This document shows positions 1 through 13,752 of a stretch of DNA of 64,000 bases, one piece after another. The position numbers and the translations under genes are program-made. A model generated the notes under the pieces. That model did no database searches, had not been told where the DNA came from, and was given only the letters and a program-made list of their open reading frames with translations. This stretch comes from Eledone cirrhosa (taxonomy: Eukaryota): positions 241,924,001 to 241,988,000 of the forward strand of contig OZ024743.1 in NCBI GenBank assembly GCA_964016885.1, in the 5' to 3' direction. The number at the start of each line of letters is the position of its first letter. Position 1 is the first letter of the stretch.

Positions 1-228
1 GCTCCTGAGGAGAAGGGTTGCACACTTTTTTCGGGGGTGTGTGCGACCCCCCAAGGCGCCTCCTCTCTATTGAGGACTTTGTTATAAATTTTATTTTTTG
101 TTATATTTTATTTTATTTTTATATATTGTTATTGCCTCCTCCCTATTGAGGACGCCTTGTTTTGTAAACTCCCCCCATTGTACTTGTCCCACTTTTGATG
201 CTCTGGTGGCAAATAAAAGAAACATATC
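1..228 (+). mobile_element. 3' UTR/end of Tx1/L1-like LINE (copy A; body lies upstream of window)
   Basis: Near-identical to the reverse complement of 61244-61522, the 3' UTR of the Tx1-like copy at the window end; ends GGTGGCAAATAAAAGAAAC followed by (ATCT)n. Confidence 0.9.
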
Positions 229-334
229 TATCTATATACGTATCAATCAATCGATCTATCTATCAATCTATCTACCCGTCTAGCTATCTATCTACCTAAT
301 CTATCTATCTATCTATCTATCTATCTCTTTATCT
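226..334. repeat. (ATCT)n microsatellite between two head-to-tail LINE copies
   Basis: Direct reading. Confidence 0.9.
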
Positions 335-339
335 GCCTG

Positions 340-3300
340 ACGCGCGGAACATCGCCGGTAAGAAAAACAGAACAAATTGTTTGAAAAAACATATCATTTT
401 ATAGATTAACCCCCAAGATGAATGGTCACATTTTTCGCCCCTTTAGGGGCGAAAATTTAATTTAAATATTGTTTAAAAAATCAAATTTTGCCAACTATAA
501 AATATGAATAACTCGAAAAGAACGCTAGAGAACGTCGAGAGAGAGAAGAGAGGGAAAGAGGAAGATATTAACGTTATATCTGCTTCTGCTACTATGGAAG
601 TCAAAAAGAGAAGAAAAAACACTTGAAGATTTTAAAATTTCTACCGTCAAAGCGGATAAAAATAACAATAACACACAGGAAAACACAGGAATTAAACCTA
701 TTAACATACACATGAAAAAGACAACATAACAACTCCACAGATACATCTACACATAAAGTTTCACCTCGTCAGGGAATTGGATTTCCAACACCGAAGCTAA
801 CAACGATAACAACAACAACAGCAACACCACTAAAAAAAATGTCTTTCGCTGAAACAGTGAAAAAAAAACAAGATTTTATAAATCTTGACATCTCCAATGC
901 AAGAGATATGCTTCAGCAAGGGAGAAAATGTGTAACTTTCGAAGACAAGGGTGGGTTTAGAATTAACTCACCCCTCGAAATAAAAGAAGAGACAGTTCGA
1001 AGGACAGTGATCTTCAGGACTGTATCCAATACAACGAGAAAGCCGATATTTGTTAGTCAAGGAGATATAGAAGCCAACTTGAAGGAAATTCTAGCAAATA
1101 TTGACTTTCTCCAACGAGGAAAACAGTACGGAAGCACTTCCGTACTGTTTAAATGCGAGGCACTCGCCACAAAACATTCTGTGACACCAATGGTGTCAAA
1201 AGCATTCACCTTTTTCCCTACATACATGGGAAAAAGGGCACAAAAATAAAAAATATATATACACCAAACATGAACATCTTGTCCATATTGGTTGGCTTCG
1301 TAGAGCCAGAGACTAATATGATTCTTTCGATACGAAAGTCTATTAGACAAAGGTGGGCGGGTACTGATTTTGAGATTCTGACGCAAATGAGGCCGGAGAG
1401 AATCTCCAAAATACTCGAAAAAATACCCGACAACAACAAAATAAACATAAAAAAACACTATTACCAACACCAACACCAAGACAAACACCACCACCACAAG
1501 TACAACAACAGACGAAACGAGGAACCACACCAAAACAAACAGCCACTCAACCAACAACAGAAAAAACATAGACAACGCCCCTGAAGAACACATCCCCACC
1601 CATCCCACTCCATCAAACACTACCACATACACACACATCAAAACATCACCACCACACAACATACCCCTACCCCACACTCCTGACGATGATTATTCATCGA
1701 CAGATGAGGCTGCTTCTCCTTCTTTAAGTGACGAAGAGGGAGAGCGCGGAAATCTAAAAAACAAAAAAAGAGACACCACAAAACCCCCCAAACTCCAATC
1801 AGCAACACCAACACAGAACCACAGATACAAACAACAACACAAACAACACCACAGTCAAACATCCCCCTACCAGCAAAACTAACACCAACACCACCCTCAA
1901 ACACAAGCACCCACCATAAAAAGAAAACTCCCGGACGAACAACAAACTAAAACAACACAACAAAAACTCAAACAACAATACGCATACATCAACTCAAACA
2001 ACAATACGCATACATCAACACAAACAACAAGAGTTTGATGGAGGTCATCTCCCAAAACCCCAAGATGGAGACGAAGGACAAAACTTTCGTCAAAGCAGAA
2101 TCGTCACCACACCTTAAACTTATAAGGGTTTCTATGGAAACCTATAATGACCTGAAAAATAAATTTTCACAAGACGTGGGCAACCCCTGCCAGAAACCCA
2201 TCAATCGCGTCCTGTTAAAATGTTTCCCCACCCCACCCAACAACCCTATCTCCAGGAAACGAAAAGGTAAGTGCACCTTTCGTCCTTTTTCTCCAACTCT
2301 TCTTCACCAACATGGCTAGTTTACGAGTTGGAAGCGTGAATGTGCGTGGCCTAGGGATGCCCTGGAAACAGGGTCAACTTTTAAACGATCTTAGGTCACA
2401 CAGTATGGATGTGACAGTCATCACCGAGTCAAGGATCCACAACAGGCAGCAACTAACTCCCATCTTCGACGACTTTGAGATCTACGCATCGCTGTCAGCT
2501 AGAATGTGGAGAGGGAGTGGCTGTCATGTTTTGGAAGAACCTGGACGTCGAAGTACAGTAAGTACACTTGGACCCGGAGGGTAGACTGGTAGTCCGAGAC
2601 GTGAACAGTATTGGAGGTGGAGCCTTCAGACTGGTGGCTGTTTATGCCCCGACCGGGCAATCGCAATCACGGCCAGACGTCTTTAAGCGTCTAGAGTCTT
2701 TTCTGGGAACGTCTCACTCCTTACTTTTAGAGGGGGACTGGAATGGTATCCTAGATGCACGATGGGAGCATGTCCCAGTAGAGAGGGGTGCAACAGCCTC
2801 AAAACTGGCCGATAGGTATCGACTGGATTTCCCGACTGCACCACAGTGGACGTGGGCAAACCGCAGCGGGACTTCTAGATCGTATTTAGATAGGTTCTTC
2901 ATTAGAGAAAGGGACAAGGAGATGTTAAGCTGTCCACGAATGCAAAAGGTTGCCTATTCAGATCACAAATTAGTCATCTGCTTAGTCAACCGTGATAGAA
3001 CACATAGACAGGGACCCGGATACAGTGAACGGATAAGTAGACTAGTCAAGCAACAGTTAACGGGAGCCATCCTCCACAATAAATGGTGGTACTCTCTCAA
3101 GAAAGTAATTAGAATAGAATCGATAGGGTTTAGCAGAGAGTTAGCCTTCGAGAAAACCAAAATAGAAAGAGAACTAGTAGCCAAGGTAGAGGAGGCACTT
3201 AGAAGTGGAAATGCGGCTAGAGTGTTAGCGTCGAGAACGGCACTAGACCAGTTCTTCGATGCGAAACACGAAGGTCAGAAGCAAAACACGTGCTCTAGAA

Positions 3301-5865
3301 AACGAAGGAGCGAAAGCTGTCAGCTGGGCCCGAGTGGCGGAGGCAAAAAGTGGCAACAAGTCCACGATTTGGTCTTTGAAAGACCAAAACGGACGCGTGC
3401 TACTTGACCCCAAGCAAATGTGCGCGGCCTTTTAGCAGCACTTTGCGCGACTCTTTGAGCAGAACGACGGTGAGCCGAACGGGGCAATGGACTTTAGTTC
3501 ATATCTCGACGGCCTGCCGCGTCCCTCGAACACGGACGCTGAATTCTGCGAAAGACCGATCACGGACACTGAGATACGGGATGCTCTGGGCCGCTGCGGG
3601 AAACGCAAGTCACCCGGTCTATATGGTCTACCCTATGAGTTTTACATAGGCATGCCGGACTTGTTCTCTGGCGTCCTCGAAGCCGTCTACTGCAATTGGC
3701 AGCAGAACGGGAGAATTCCCAGTTCTGCAGGCAAGGGCGTAGTAACTCTGATCAGGAAAGACAAGAACAAGGGGGACGAAATTAACAACTTCAGGCCCAA
3801 AACTCTGCTCAACACAGAGTTAAAGATTTTGGACAAGGTGCTAGCGACGAGGTTGGCGCTTGTCGTCGAGAACCTGGTATGGAAAGCGCAAACGTGTGCA
3901 ATCCCCACCCGGTCCATACACGACAACCTCCACCTCATGCGATACATCATAGAGAGGGTGGGTAGTAAACCAGACTTCGGTGGGGCTCTGATCAATTTGG
4001 ATCAGTCTAAGGCATTCAATAGAGTCAACCATCGATACTTGGAAGCGGTTCTCAAGGCGGCCAGTTTCGGTCCCGTTTTCAGAGGCTTTATCGAGGCGAT
4101 GCACACCAGCATCTGCTCGAGGGTCAAGGTGAACGGCTACTTATCGGAGCCGTTCGCAATCACGCGTTCCATTCGATAGGGGTGTCCTCTCTCCTCCATT
4201 CTGTATATTGACTCTAGAGCCACTACTGCAGAAATTGGAGTTGTTGCAGGGCATCCTCCTAGAACTGGGACTGCGCAAAGCGGCGTCGGCTTATGCCGAC
4301 GACGTGACGGTAATGGTGTCGAGCACCTCGGAAATCGGTGTGATCGGCAACATACTGAAAGAATACGAAACGCTGACGGGAGCAAAACTAAACCCGGACA
4401 AGTCTATCGGTTTGCAACTCGGTACGTGGAGCGGCAAACCGATGACGTCCGACAGCGTCGTTAGACGCTGGACGGACGGACCGGTGAAATTGCTCGGGGT
4501 CTGGTTCGGTCCAGACCTCCAGGTCGAGAAAAACTGGAACGAGGTCCTGGCCAAGGTGTTTGCTCTCACCCAGAAGTGGGCAGAGTGCAAACTGTCCTTG
4601 AAAAGTCGAGCGGAGGTGGCGAACACTTTCAATGCGTCCGTCATCTACTACCGCTTCACTGTCGTGCCTTGTCCCCGTGAACACCTCGCCAAGATGGAAC
4701 GCATGCTCTTCCAGTTTCTGTGGAAGAAGCAGGCTCCGCTGGTGAGGAGATCCGTCTGCTGTCAGCACCCTTCCAACGGAGGGCTGGGTATGCCGTGGCT
4801 GATGATGCGCAAATATGCGCTGAGGCTGCGGCATCTCCAGGTATTCCTCACCGACCCCCAACCGGTGTGGGCACCGTTTATGAGACAGGCTTTCCCACAG
4901 CTCGTCTCGCTGACGGAGCTGCAGTCCTGAGTCAAGAAAAGACTCCTCTGGCAAGCGAGTACAGCAATTAGTGGAGACTCCACTTCGACATTCTATAGAG
5001 GGATTGTACGTTACAAGGGCGACGACGTGCTCGGAGAGACTCTAGGCGTCGACGACGATGAGCTCATCAGTCTGTTTGGAAGGACTTTCCGCCCGGGACC
5101 TCTGGACAACTTCCAGAGGTCCCTGGCTTGGCAGTGCTACCGACGAGCTCTACCGGTTCGTGATAAGATCTAGAGGCACGGACGCCTCGGCAGGGATCCT
5201 TCCAAGAGGACGTGTCCAAGATGCGCGCAGGACATTGAAACAATCCTGCACGCAATTGTACACTGCCCAGGCGTAACCGACCTGCGGAACTATGCAGAAC
5301 AACTGCTGTCGCGTATGGGACAAATCCAGTTGACTGCCGAGTCCATAGTAAGGATTAAACGGCCACCCTCTTTCAAAAACGAAAGAGAGGCGGTTTTCCT
5401 CTGTACGGTGGCTATGGTGAAAGAAGTTATATGGTGGACGAGATTGAGAGGACTGAGGACAGATGCCTTTCTCTCCGGACAACAATTGATTCCATTCTTT
5501 AAGTATCACTTTAGAAGGAGAATCAGAGTGGAGGCAGAGGCACTGCACCCCAGTAAATTTACTGAAAGGTGAGTGAATGAAGCGAAAATGGCCCGAGTGA
5601 TTGGGCCTTCTCTGTTTATAAGCCTGTAGGTTAAAGAAGCGAGCAAAAGGAAGAAAGGAGCACTTGTGCAACACGCTCCTGGAGTTGAGGGTTGTTCTAT
5701 CGACGGGGTATTAAACAACACATTTGTGGGGCTTCCCCCCTATTGGGGATTTCGATTGTTGTAATTGTTTGTTTTTATATTTTTTACCCGACTGTATGTA
5801 AAATCCCCGGCATGTCTTTGTATTGTCCCCTTTTCTTGTGCGCCCTTGTGGCAAATAAAGAAATA
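340..5865 (+). mobile_element. Near full-length decayed Tx1/L1-like LINE (copy B)
   Basis: ORF1 remnants 839-2270 homologous to copy C ORF1; ORF2 remnants 2312-5629 with APE motifs (NVRGL, GDWN, SYLDRF, SDH), RT motifs (LDQSKAF, YADD) and C-terminal Cys/His motif; many frameshifts and stops; AATAAA at ~5854. Confidence 0.93.
2312..5629 (+). pseudogene. Frameshifted ORF2 (APE endonuclease-reverse transcriptase) of copy B
   Basis: ORF pieces 2312-2584, 2568-3407, 3487-4179 and 4208-4930 are collinear with the intact ORF at 61563-63998. Confidence 0.92.
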
Positions 5866-6032
5866 TATCTATCTATCTATATATATTATATATATACCTA
5901 CCTACTTCTAACTCCGTTTTCCATACATATTTCTGTGTATTTCCTGCTTTCTCTCTAACCTCTATAAATATGTATAATCTCATGATCTTTGTGTTTTATG
6001 GATGATATGAAATATAATCTCTCTCTCTCTCG

Positions 6033-6100
<68 letters not shown>

Positions 6101-6105
6101 CTCGC

Positions 6106-6144
<39 letters not shown>

Positions 6145-6778
6145 ACACATATATATATATATACACATACATATATATAAATGTATACATATATATACAT
6201 TTATATACATACATTTATACATATATGTGCATATCTGAGGGTGTATAAATATTTATACGCGCACACACACACACACACGCGCGCACACATATATATGTAT
6301 ATATATTCTGATTTCTCTCTCTTATTTTCCCTCCCTTTCTCTCTCCTCTCTATTCCACCTCACCCCTCCTCTCTCTCATCAACCTCAACTATATTTGGTT
6401 CGCCGATTTCTTGAATCCAAACGACTCACCACGAAGATTTCCATAAATCCCTTTCTCTGGTATTTGTCAATCGATTATCATGCAATATATACACCATTGT
6501 TAACATGATTTCTATTCTCTCTCACACTGAAACCACCTCCACCACCACAACTACCCCAACGCCACCATCGTCTCCACTCCCCAATGGTCAATATAACATA
6601 ATAGGTCTCTATTCCGTAGAGCATTATGAAGCTCGGTCGTTCTATCAGAACTACATATCGTTCCATCGTTGCAAACGGAATTAGAAGAAAAGCAAATTGT
6701 AGACTTGGAATATCGTTACATTGAAACATCGCCTCATATGCCAAGGTCCATAATCTTATATTGGATCCATGTCTCGCA

Positions 6779-6874
<96 letters not shown>

Positions 6875-6899
6875 ATGTATATATAACAGATTCACATTA

Positions 6900-7235
6900 A
6901 TGATACTATAGTGGATCGCATTTCTATCTGACAGCCCCATGCTAATAAATCAATACTGGATCAGACCACAACATCACAAGTCCACGATAATATTATTCTA
7001 TTGGTCAGGTTTTCACCTCTATCGTCCACGTAAATAATATTATATTGGATAGCACCTCTACCACATTGTTCAATGTAAAGAATTTTATATTGGATGACTT
7101 CTACCTCCTAGATCCACACTAATAAGGCTATATTGCGGCAATCTAATCACCACTTCAGAGATTTATGTTATTAACTGCATGTTGGATCACATCCCTACCT
7201 TACTGGTTTATGTGGGTAACACATATTGGATCAAT
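6900..7235. repeat. Ancient degenerate ~43-45 bp tandem repeat
   Basis: Recurring ATATTGGATC...TCCAC...TAATA motif at roughly 45 bp spacing. Confidence 0.5.
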
Positions 7236-7370
7236 ATATATTGCTTTTTCCCCCGTTTTATGTCAGGCTGAATGAGTTAGGGTAAACAAACAACCAAACG
7301 AAACATAAGTAACTGCACCTGTCTCTGTTTTAACTAATTATATTTAACTCGTCCTATAGACTGAGTGCTC

Positions 7371-7402
7371 TGAACCCTTATTTATACCAAATTTGTGCTG
7401 CA

Positions 7403-7442
<40 letters not shown>

Positions 7443-7473
7443 TGCAGCACAAATTTGGTATAAATAAGGGTTC

Positions 7474-7474
<1 letters not shown>
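7371..7474. repeat. Perfect palindrome centred on (TA)n
   Basis: TGAACCCTTATTTATACCAAATTTGTGCTGCAG-(TA)n-CTGCAGCACAAATTTGGTATAAATAAGGGTTCA. Confidence 0.95.
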
Positions 7475-7504
<30 letters not shown>

Positions 7505-7506
<2 letters not shown>

Positions 7507-7798
7507 TGTTTCTACTTTTGGCACAAGGCCAGCAATTACCCAATGCATTACTGGTACTTTATTCTATCGACCCCGGAAGGATGAAAGGCAAAGTTAACCT
7601 TAATAATAATAATTGTTTCTACTTTAGGCACAAGGCCAGCAATTACCCAGTGCATTACTGGTACTTTATTTTAGCGACCCCGTAAGGATGAAAGGAAAAG
7701 TCAACCTCGGCGGGATTTGAACTCAGATCGTAAAGGGACGTAACTATGCTGGAAAGCATGACGGCCGACCCTCTACCGATACTGCCAATCCACCGCCC
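7505..7798 (-). mobile_element. tRNA-derived SINE family 1: one partial (7505-7600) and one full copy (7611-7798)
   Basis: Head GGGCGGTGGATTGGCAG, B-box GAGTTCAAATCC, central CCTTTCATCCTTACGGGGTCGATAAAATAAAGTACCAG (Nin/Deu-like core), (ATT)n tail; more than 10 copies in the window. Confidence 0.85.
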
Positions 7799-7819
7799 TA
7801 AATAATAATAATAATAATA

Positions 7820-8106
7820 CCAAAAAATGTGGGAGGTAAAAAGGATTTGGAACTGCCATGAAGTCAGAGTCGTCCCGATTGTCATAGGCGCACTAGGTAC
7901 TATCTCAAAGAGTTTCCAAGGAGGGTTAAAGAAATTTAGTCCAGCCGCGATTTTGGAACACTTCAAAAGACATGCTTGCTGGGAACAGCAAGAACCCTCC
8001 GATACGTCCTGAATATCTAAGGCTGCAGGTTGCGGCTTGATATTCATTTCAACAAACTTTCCAGTTAAATAACATCAATGACTGAGACTCAAAGACTCAA
8101 AGAACA
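7820..8106 (+). mobile_element. 5'-truncated R4/Dong-like LINE 3' end within (AAT)n
   Basis: Translation RVVPIVIGALGTISK resembles RLE-LINE C-termini and the R4 copy at 50623; (AAT)n on both sides. Confidence 0.75.
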
Positions 8107-8123
8107 ATAATAATAATTATTAT

Positions 8124-8310
8124 TATTTCTACTTTAGGCACAAGGCCAACAATTACCCAGTGTATTACTGGTACTTTATTTTATCGACCCCGTAAGGATG
8201 AAAGGCAAAGTTAACCTCGGTGGGATTTGAACTCAGAATGGCAAGGGCCGTAACTCTATGCGTCAAAGCAAGGCGTCCGACCCTCTACCAATACTGCCAA
8301 TCCACCGCCC
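8124..8310 (-). mobile_element. SINE family 1 copy
   Basis: Same sequence family as 7611-7798. Confidence 0.85.
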
Positions 8311-8311
8311 T

Positions 8312-10070
8312 TAATAATAATAATAATAATGAAATTATTGTTTAAAGTGCTCAGGTGCACTACAACTCGTCAAAGGTGCATGTATAATACATAGAATAAT
8401 ATACATATGTCAGGGAAGTGAATAGTGTATGAGTCATGATATACATGTGTGTATGTGTATGGAGGGGGAACATTAGGTGTAGTGTTAGAGAATCTTGGGA
8501 AGCATGGAGGTTTTAAAGGATGCAGTGTCTCGACAGCTAACAACTGATGCACGTAGTTTGTTCCATGCTTCAGCAACTCTGAGCGTGAAAAAATGTTTCC
8601 TGGGAAATGTGCTGTTTTCTGACTTTGTGGGCATGTCCACGTGTGTTAGACACATGGAAATCAAAAAGGTACTCAGGGTTGTTGTTGGCAAGATGGTTGA
8701 CAATTTTGTGGGTGTTTACCAAGTCGGTTGCCAGGCGTCGGAGCTTCAATGTATCCATGCACAAGGAAGCAAGGCGTTCAGAGTATGGTAGATGCCTGAT
8801 GGAGGGTATTCGCTTGGTTTCACGTCTCTGAACAGTTTCCAGGCGGTCAATGTTCTGAGCAAGATAGGGGTTCCAGACTGGTGATGCAAATTCTAAGTGT
8901 GGTCGCACCATAGCCATGTACAGCCTTAAATAGATAGCTGGAGAGCGGCTGACAAAGGTCTTGCTGAGTGATGCTAAGACACCCTCAGCCCTCTTGACAA
9001 TTTTAGAGACGTGCTTCGTCCAACGCAAATCGCTGCTGAGCGTAATGCCCAGGTCATGTTCACAAGAAGACTTCTTGATATTAGTGCTGTGGAGGGAATA
9101 TGTGGACGCTGGGTTTTACTCTCAAAATGCATGGTGGTGCACTTGTCCACAGCTAGCTTGAGTTGCCAGTCTGAGATCCATTGTTGCATTGTGTCCAGGT
9201 CAGACTGCAAGCAAGATCTATAGTGTTCAGGATCTGTCCTTTTTATCTCAAAGTACAGCTTGATATCATCTGCGTACTTTAGTACTGTGGCATTCTTTAA
9301 GTTGGCATCTATGTCATTAATATATGCCACAAACAAAAGGGGGCCAAGAACAGATCCCTGTGGTACACCACATGACATCTCATATGGCGAGGAATGCTGT
9401 CCCAGAACCGTGACTACCTCTCTTCGACAGAGAATGAAGGACTTCAACCAGTTAAAAAGATCATCCTTCACACCCATTGCATAGAGTTTTTCCTTAAGCC
9501 TTTTGCGTGGCACAGATTTGAAGGCTTTCGCAAAGTCAAGGTAAACAACATCCACCCATGAGCCGCCATCAGTGATCCGGGTGATGTCTTCAAGAAACTC
9601 GATAAGTTGATCACAGCAGCTGGAGTTAGGGATAAATCCAAATTGCGAGGGCCGGATAAGACTGTGAGAGTTCCAGAAGTTCCAAAGTGTTTCTCTGACA
9701 CAGGATTCCATCAGTTTGGCAATGCAACTAGTAAGACTGACGGGACGATAGTTCACAGGTGATGTGCGGTCACCCTTTTTGAACAGAGGAATGACACTAG
9801 CAGTTTTCCACTGTTCTGGAGTAGCACCGTTGTTCAGACAGAATTGGAAGAAGCGTGATAGCTGGTGCAGAAGGAAGTACCCACCACGTTTAAGAAGCAG
9901 GTACGTAACACCATCAAAACCAGGAGAGGCATGGTTGCGTTTATTTTTTAGGTGACGTCGCACTATTGCAGGTGTAAATTCCATAGTTGTAATAGAGTCC
10001 GGTGTCATAGGTGGTGGAGACAGTACACACTGGTCTTCAATAGTGTAAATGCCTGCATAGCATTCAGCAA
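8312..10070 (-). mobile_element. 5'-truncated CR1-clade LINE (RT, C-terminus and 3' UTR)
   Basis: YRPVSLTS, QFGF, VYLDFAKAF, GVPQGSVLGPLLF, KYADD, HLEFASPVWNP, FFTLRVAEAWNKL; frameshifted; (ATT)n tail. Confidence 0.92.
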
Positions 10071-10190
10071 TGATATATATATATGTGTGTGCGTGCGCGG
10101 TGCGTGTGTGTATATATAAACGCATATATACATATATACATATATATATATATGTGTGTATGTGTGTATGTGTGTGTGTGTGTATGTGTT

Positions 10191-10252
<62 letters not shown>

Positions 10253-10379
10253 TATATATACTAATATATACAAATAGGGAATTTTTGCTGGACCGGCAAC
10301 CGCTCTGTATAATCAGCTGCTGATTATTACTGGAATTCTATAAGAATCCAGCGTCTATCCAGCGTCTATTCTCGGCAAA

Positions 10380-10600
10380 GGCTGTGAGTATGTAGCTTTG
10401 ATAAACGCCAAGCAGCGAGAAACAGCTGGCAACCATTCTCCCAGCCTTTGTCGAAAATATAAGTAAGTGATATAGTCACTACTTTAAAACCTATAGCGAA
10501 TGGTCTTCTAAATGTTTGTAATTAAACATACAGTATATTACCAAATATACTATACATACATTCATGTATACATCGCTATCTCAGAGCACCAATACTAATA
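10380..10600 (+). mobile_element. PLE-terminus-like repeat with degenerate hammerhead (10394-10434)
   Basis: Homologous in inverted orientation to 29697-29905; TTGATAA-acgccaagcagcga-GAAAC-agct-GGC core is mutated. Confidence 0.6.
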
Positions 10601-10601
10601 C

Positions 10602-10689
<88 letters not shown>

Positions 10690-10964
10690 TAATAAAATGT
10701 GGAGAGGAAGCACACGAGTTAGGATATATATATATATATATATGAAAACAGGGAGAAAGAGACGATTATTAGTTTTAATTTCTTTCTCTCTATTTTCCGG
10801 GTTTGAAAATGATTAAAACGAAATATTTTACCTTGTGCGAAGTGTTAAGGTATTAGTTGATTTATTTATCAATTAACAATGGCATTTATTTATCTATTTG
10901 TATATTTAATAATTATTAAATATACAACTGTGAAAATTGCAAACTTGACTGTCACCACAGAATG

Positions 10965-11003
10965 TGAACCTGAAGATTGCGAAAGCATGAAAGTACTTGT
11001 TCA
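10965..11003 (+). ncRNA. Minimal type I hammerhead ribozyme motif
   Basis: TGAAC-CTGAAGA-t-TGC-GAAA-GCA-t-GAAA-GTAC-TT-GTTCA: 5-bp stem I, GNRA-capped stem II, palindromic stem III (AAGTACTT), CUU triplet. Confidence 0.85.
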
Positions 11004-11147
11004 ATTAACACTTAACATTTAATATTCTACCATACTATTTCCTTCTAATAAATTTCAAAGGATTTTAAATAAAACGAGTAAATCAGACAAAGTTGGAATT
11101 CCTTTTATTAATATAATCTTCTATACACAATAATACACACCAGTGTA

Positions 11148-11194
<47 letters not shown>

Positions 11195-11195
11195 T

Positions 11196-11375
11196 TCAGA
11201 GCACCAACACTCTATCTCAAAATTATTTTTGAAAAGCATTTAGAAATGCGCAACCGGTAAAAACTTAAAAACTTAAAACCACAACTGAATACTAACCCAT
11301 ACAATCACTAATACTCTTTTATTCCTAATTAAACCATTTTTCAACTGTGAACAATTTGTCAGCATTTTCTAATCC
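11196..11375 (+). repeat. Dispersed repeat, probably PLE 3' flank/pseudo-LTR
   Basis: Reverse complement of ~34940-35095, which lies downstream of the PLE at 36310-37820. Confidence 0.65.
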
Positions 11376-11614
11376 GTTTACCAATATATAATAACTTGTG
11401 TGTTACACCTCTATTCTTTTAACTATATATATATATATATACTTTCCAGGGATAACTTGAACCGTTAAGGCATATTAACCTTGGTCATGTCAAATATTTA
11501 TAAAACATTTTGTATTTTTTCTGATGTTAGCGTACCAAAATTTTGGTACCCTTGAAATATATATAATAGAATAAATATGGTTTTATAAATATAGTTTCCA
11601 TTTATTTAATATCA

Positions 11615-11730
<116 letters not shown>

Positions 11731-12744
11731 GAAAACTGTGAAGTCTGAAAGCCACTACAATGCGGTTGTGGTGAATATATCCAGCTAACAAGGACGAGAG
11801 GAAATATAACTCTTTATGCCAGAAATGTGCATAATTCACACCCTTTCTTATTATTGATTAATGGGTAAATAGACGTATGGAGTAATAGGTGGATGTCTGT
11901 GTGGATTGATGGATGGATGGATGGATAGGAGAATGGGTCGGTTAATCGGATGGATCGGTGAATGTGTCGGTTAATCGGAAGGTTGAATGGTTGGATGGAC
12001 AGATTAATGAACCATTAGGTCGATAGATTGGTCGTTGTATGAATGGTAGGAAAGATGAATTTCTGGCAGAGTGGATGAAGAAATAGGTATAGGGAAGAAA
12101 CCATGGACTGATTGGTAGAATATTGGATAAGGGTGTAATTGATTAAGGGAGGGATTTATAGACGGATAGTTTAATAGATATTGGTGGTGTTACTTGGTTT
12201 GTTGTGTAGCTCAATGAATGGCTGACTGGCTGGCTGTCTAGGTGGGTGGCTGGATCGTTAACATTGCTTGTGATTCTGTGCCGAGTAAGAAGATTAGCCA
12301 ACCTCATGAATAACTTCACCAACTTCTGAATCTCGACCCCACCTCATTTATTCCCCTTCCACAACAGAAAAATAAATATGGTTGTCTTGGAGCTTGCCTT
12401 ATGATAATTAACCCTAAATCGAAATGAGTGTTAATTAAAAAACAGGGCCGATAAAAATCACTAAAAAATTGTAGAAACTGAAAACAGAAATAAAAGGAAA
12501 AGACCATAAAAATATTTTCAAGGAATAAATACAACCAACACAAAAATATATAAATAAAAAACGAAGAAAATCTAAAAATTAACAGAATTTGGAAAATAGA
12601 TGAATAAAAGCGAGACGCGAGTGATACACTTTATTGTTTATTTCTCAAGTTCTTCTCACACGTTTCAATTAAATAGAAAACCAACAGAAATATCAAACTG
12701 TTTAAACATTTCAGGCATTTAAAAATGTTAAGAATATAGTACGG

Positions 12745-13370
12745 TTGTATGTGACAATGATGATGTTGATGGGCAGGATGTTGATGGTGATGATGATGAT
12801 GATGATGACGGTGATGATGATGATGATGACGGTGATGATGATGGTGATGATGATGGTGATGATGATGGGGATGATGATGATGATGATGATGATGATGGTG
12901 ATGATGTTGATGATGTTGATGTTGATGATGATGATGATGGTGATGGTGGTGATGGTGATGATGATGGTGACGATAATGAAGATAGTGATAATAATAATGA
13001 TGATAATTGTGATGGTGTTGATGTAGATGACGATATTAAAGATAGTGATGATGATGATATTACTAATGATGATAATTGTTTCTACTTTTGGCACAAGGCC
13101 AGCAATTACCCCAGTGCATTACTGGTACTTTATTTTATCGACCCCGTAAGGATGAAAGGCAAAGTTAATTAATGATGATAATAATACTTATTATAATGAC
13201 GATGAAGATAATGATGATGATTATGATGATGATGATTATGATGATGAGATGTTGAAAAGTATTAGGAAGAGAATGGTGATGATGATGATGATGATGATTA
13301 TCGTAATCATCCTAATGATGATTATTTTCGTAATGACGACGACGAAGATGATGATGATGACTATGATGAT
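12745..13370. repeat. (ATG)n-derived low-complexity tract with an embedded partial SINE (13074-13168, minus)
   Basis: Direct reading. Confidence 0.9.
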
Positions 13371-13752
13371 GTTGTGTATATTTATTAGCGCTAGTCTTAA
13401 CGACTGTTGTTTTGTTTGTTTGTATTTAATAATTGTGTGAGTGAAATTGTTGTTGTTCTTATTACAAGTGTTGTTTTGTGGTTTATATCCTTTTACCAAG
13501 CCAAAATAGGAAGCATGTTTGTGTTTCTCTGTCTTTGTGAGTTTTCGTTAATATTTGGAGAGAAGAAAGGACAGTTGTTTTGTTTTGTTTTTGAGGGGGG
13601 GGGGGGGGTTGTCATTAAATTTTTGGTTTGCATTTTGCTCTTAATTTACTTATTTGATATCAGAACCTTTATATAATCACTGTTATCAACGCCATCATTA
13701 TCGTCATTACTAGCGATATTATCATGTTCATCTTCATTATTATGATCATCAC

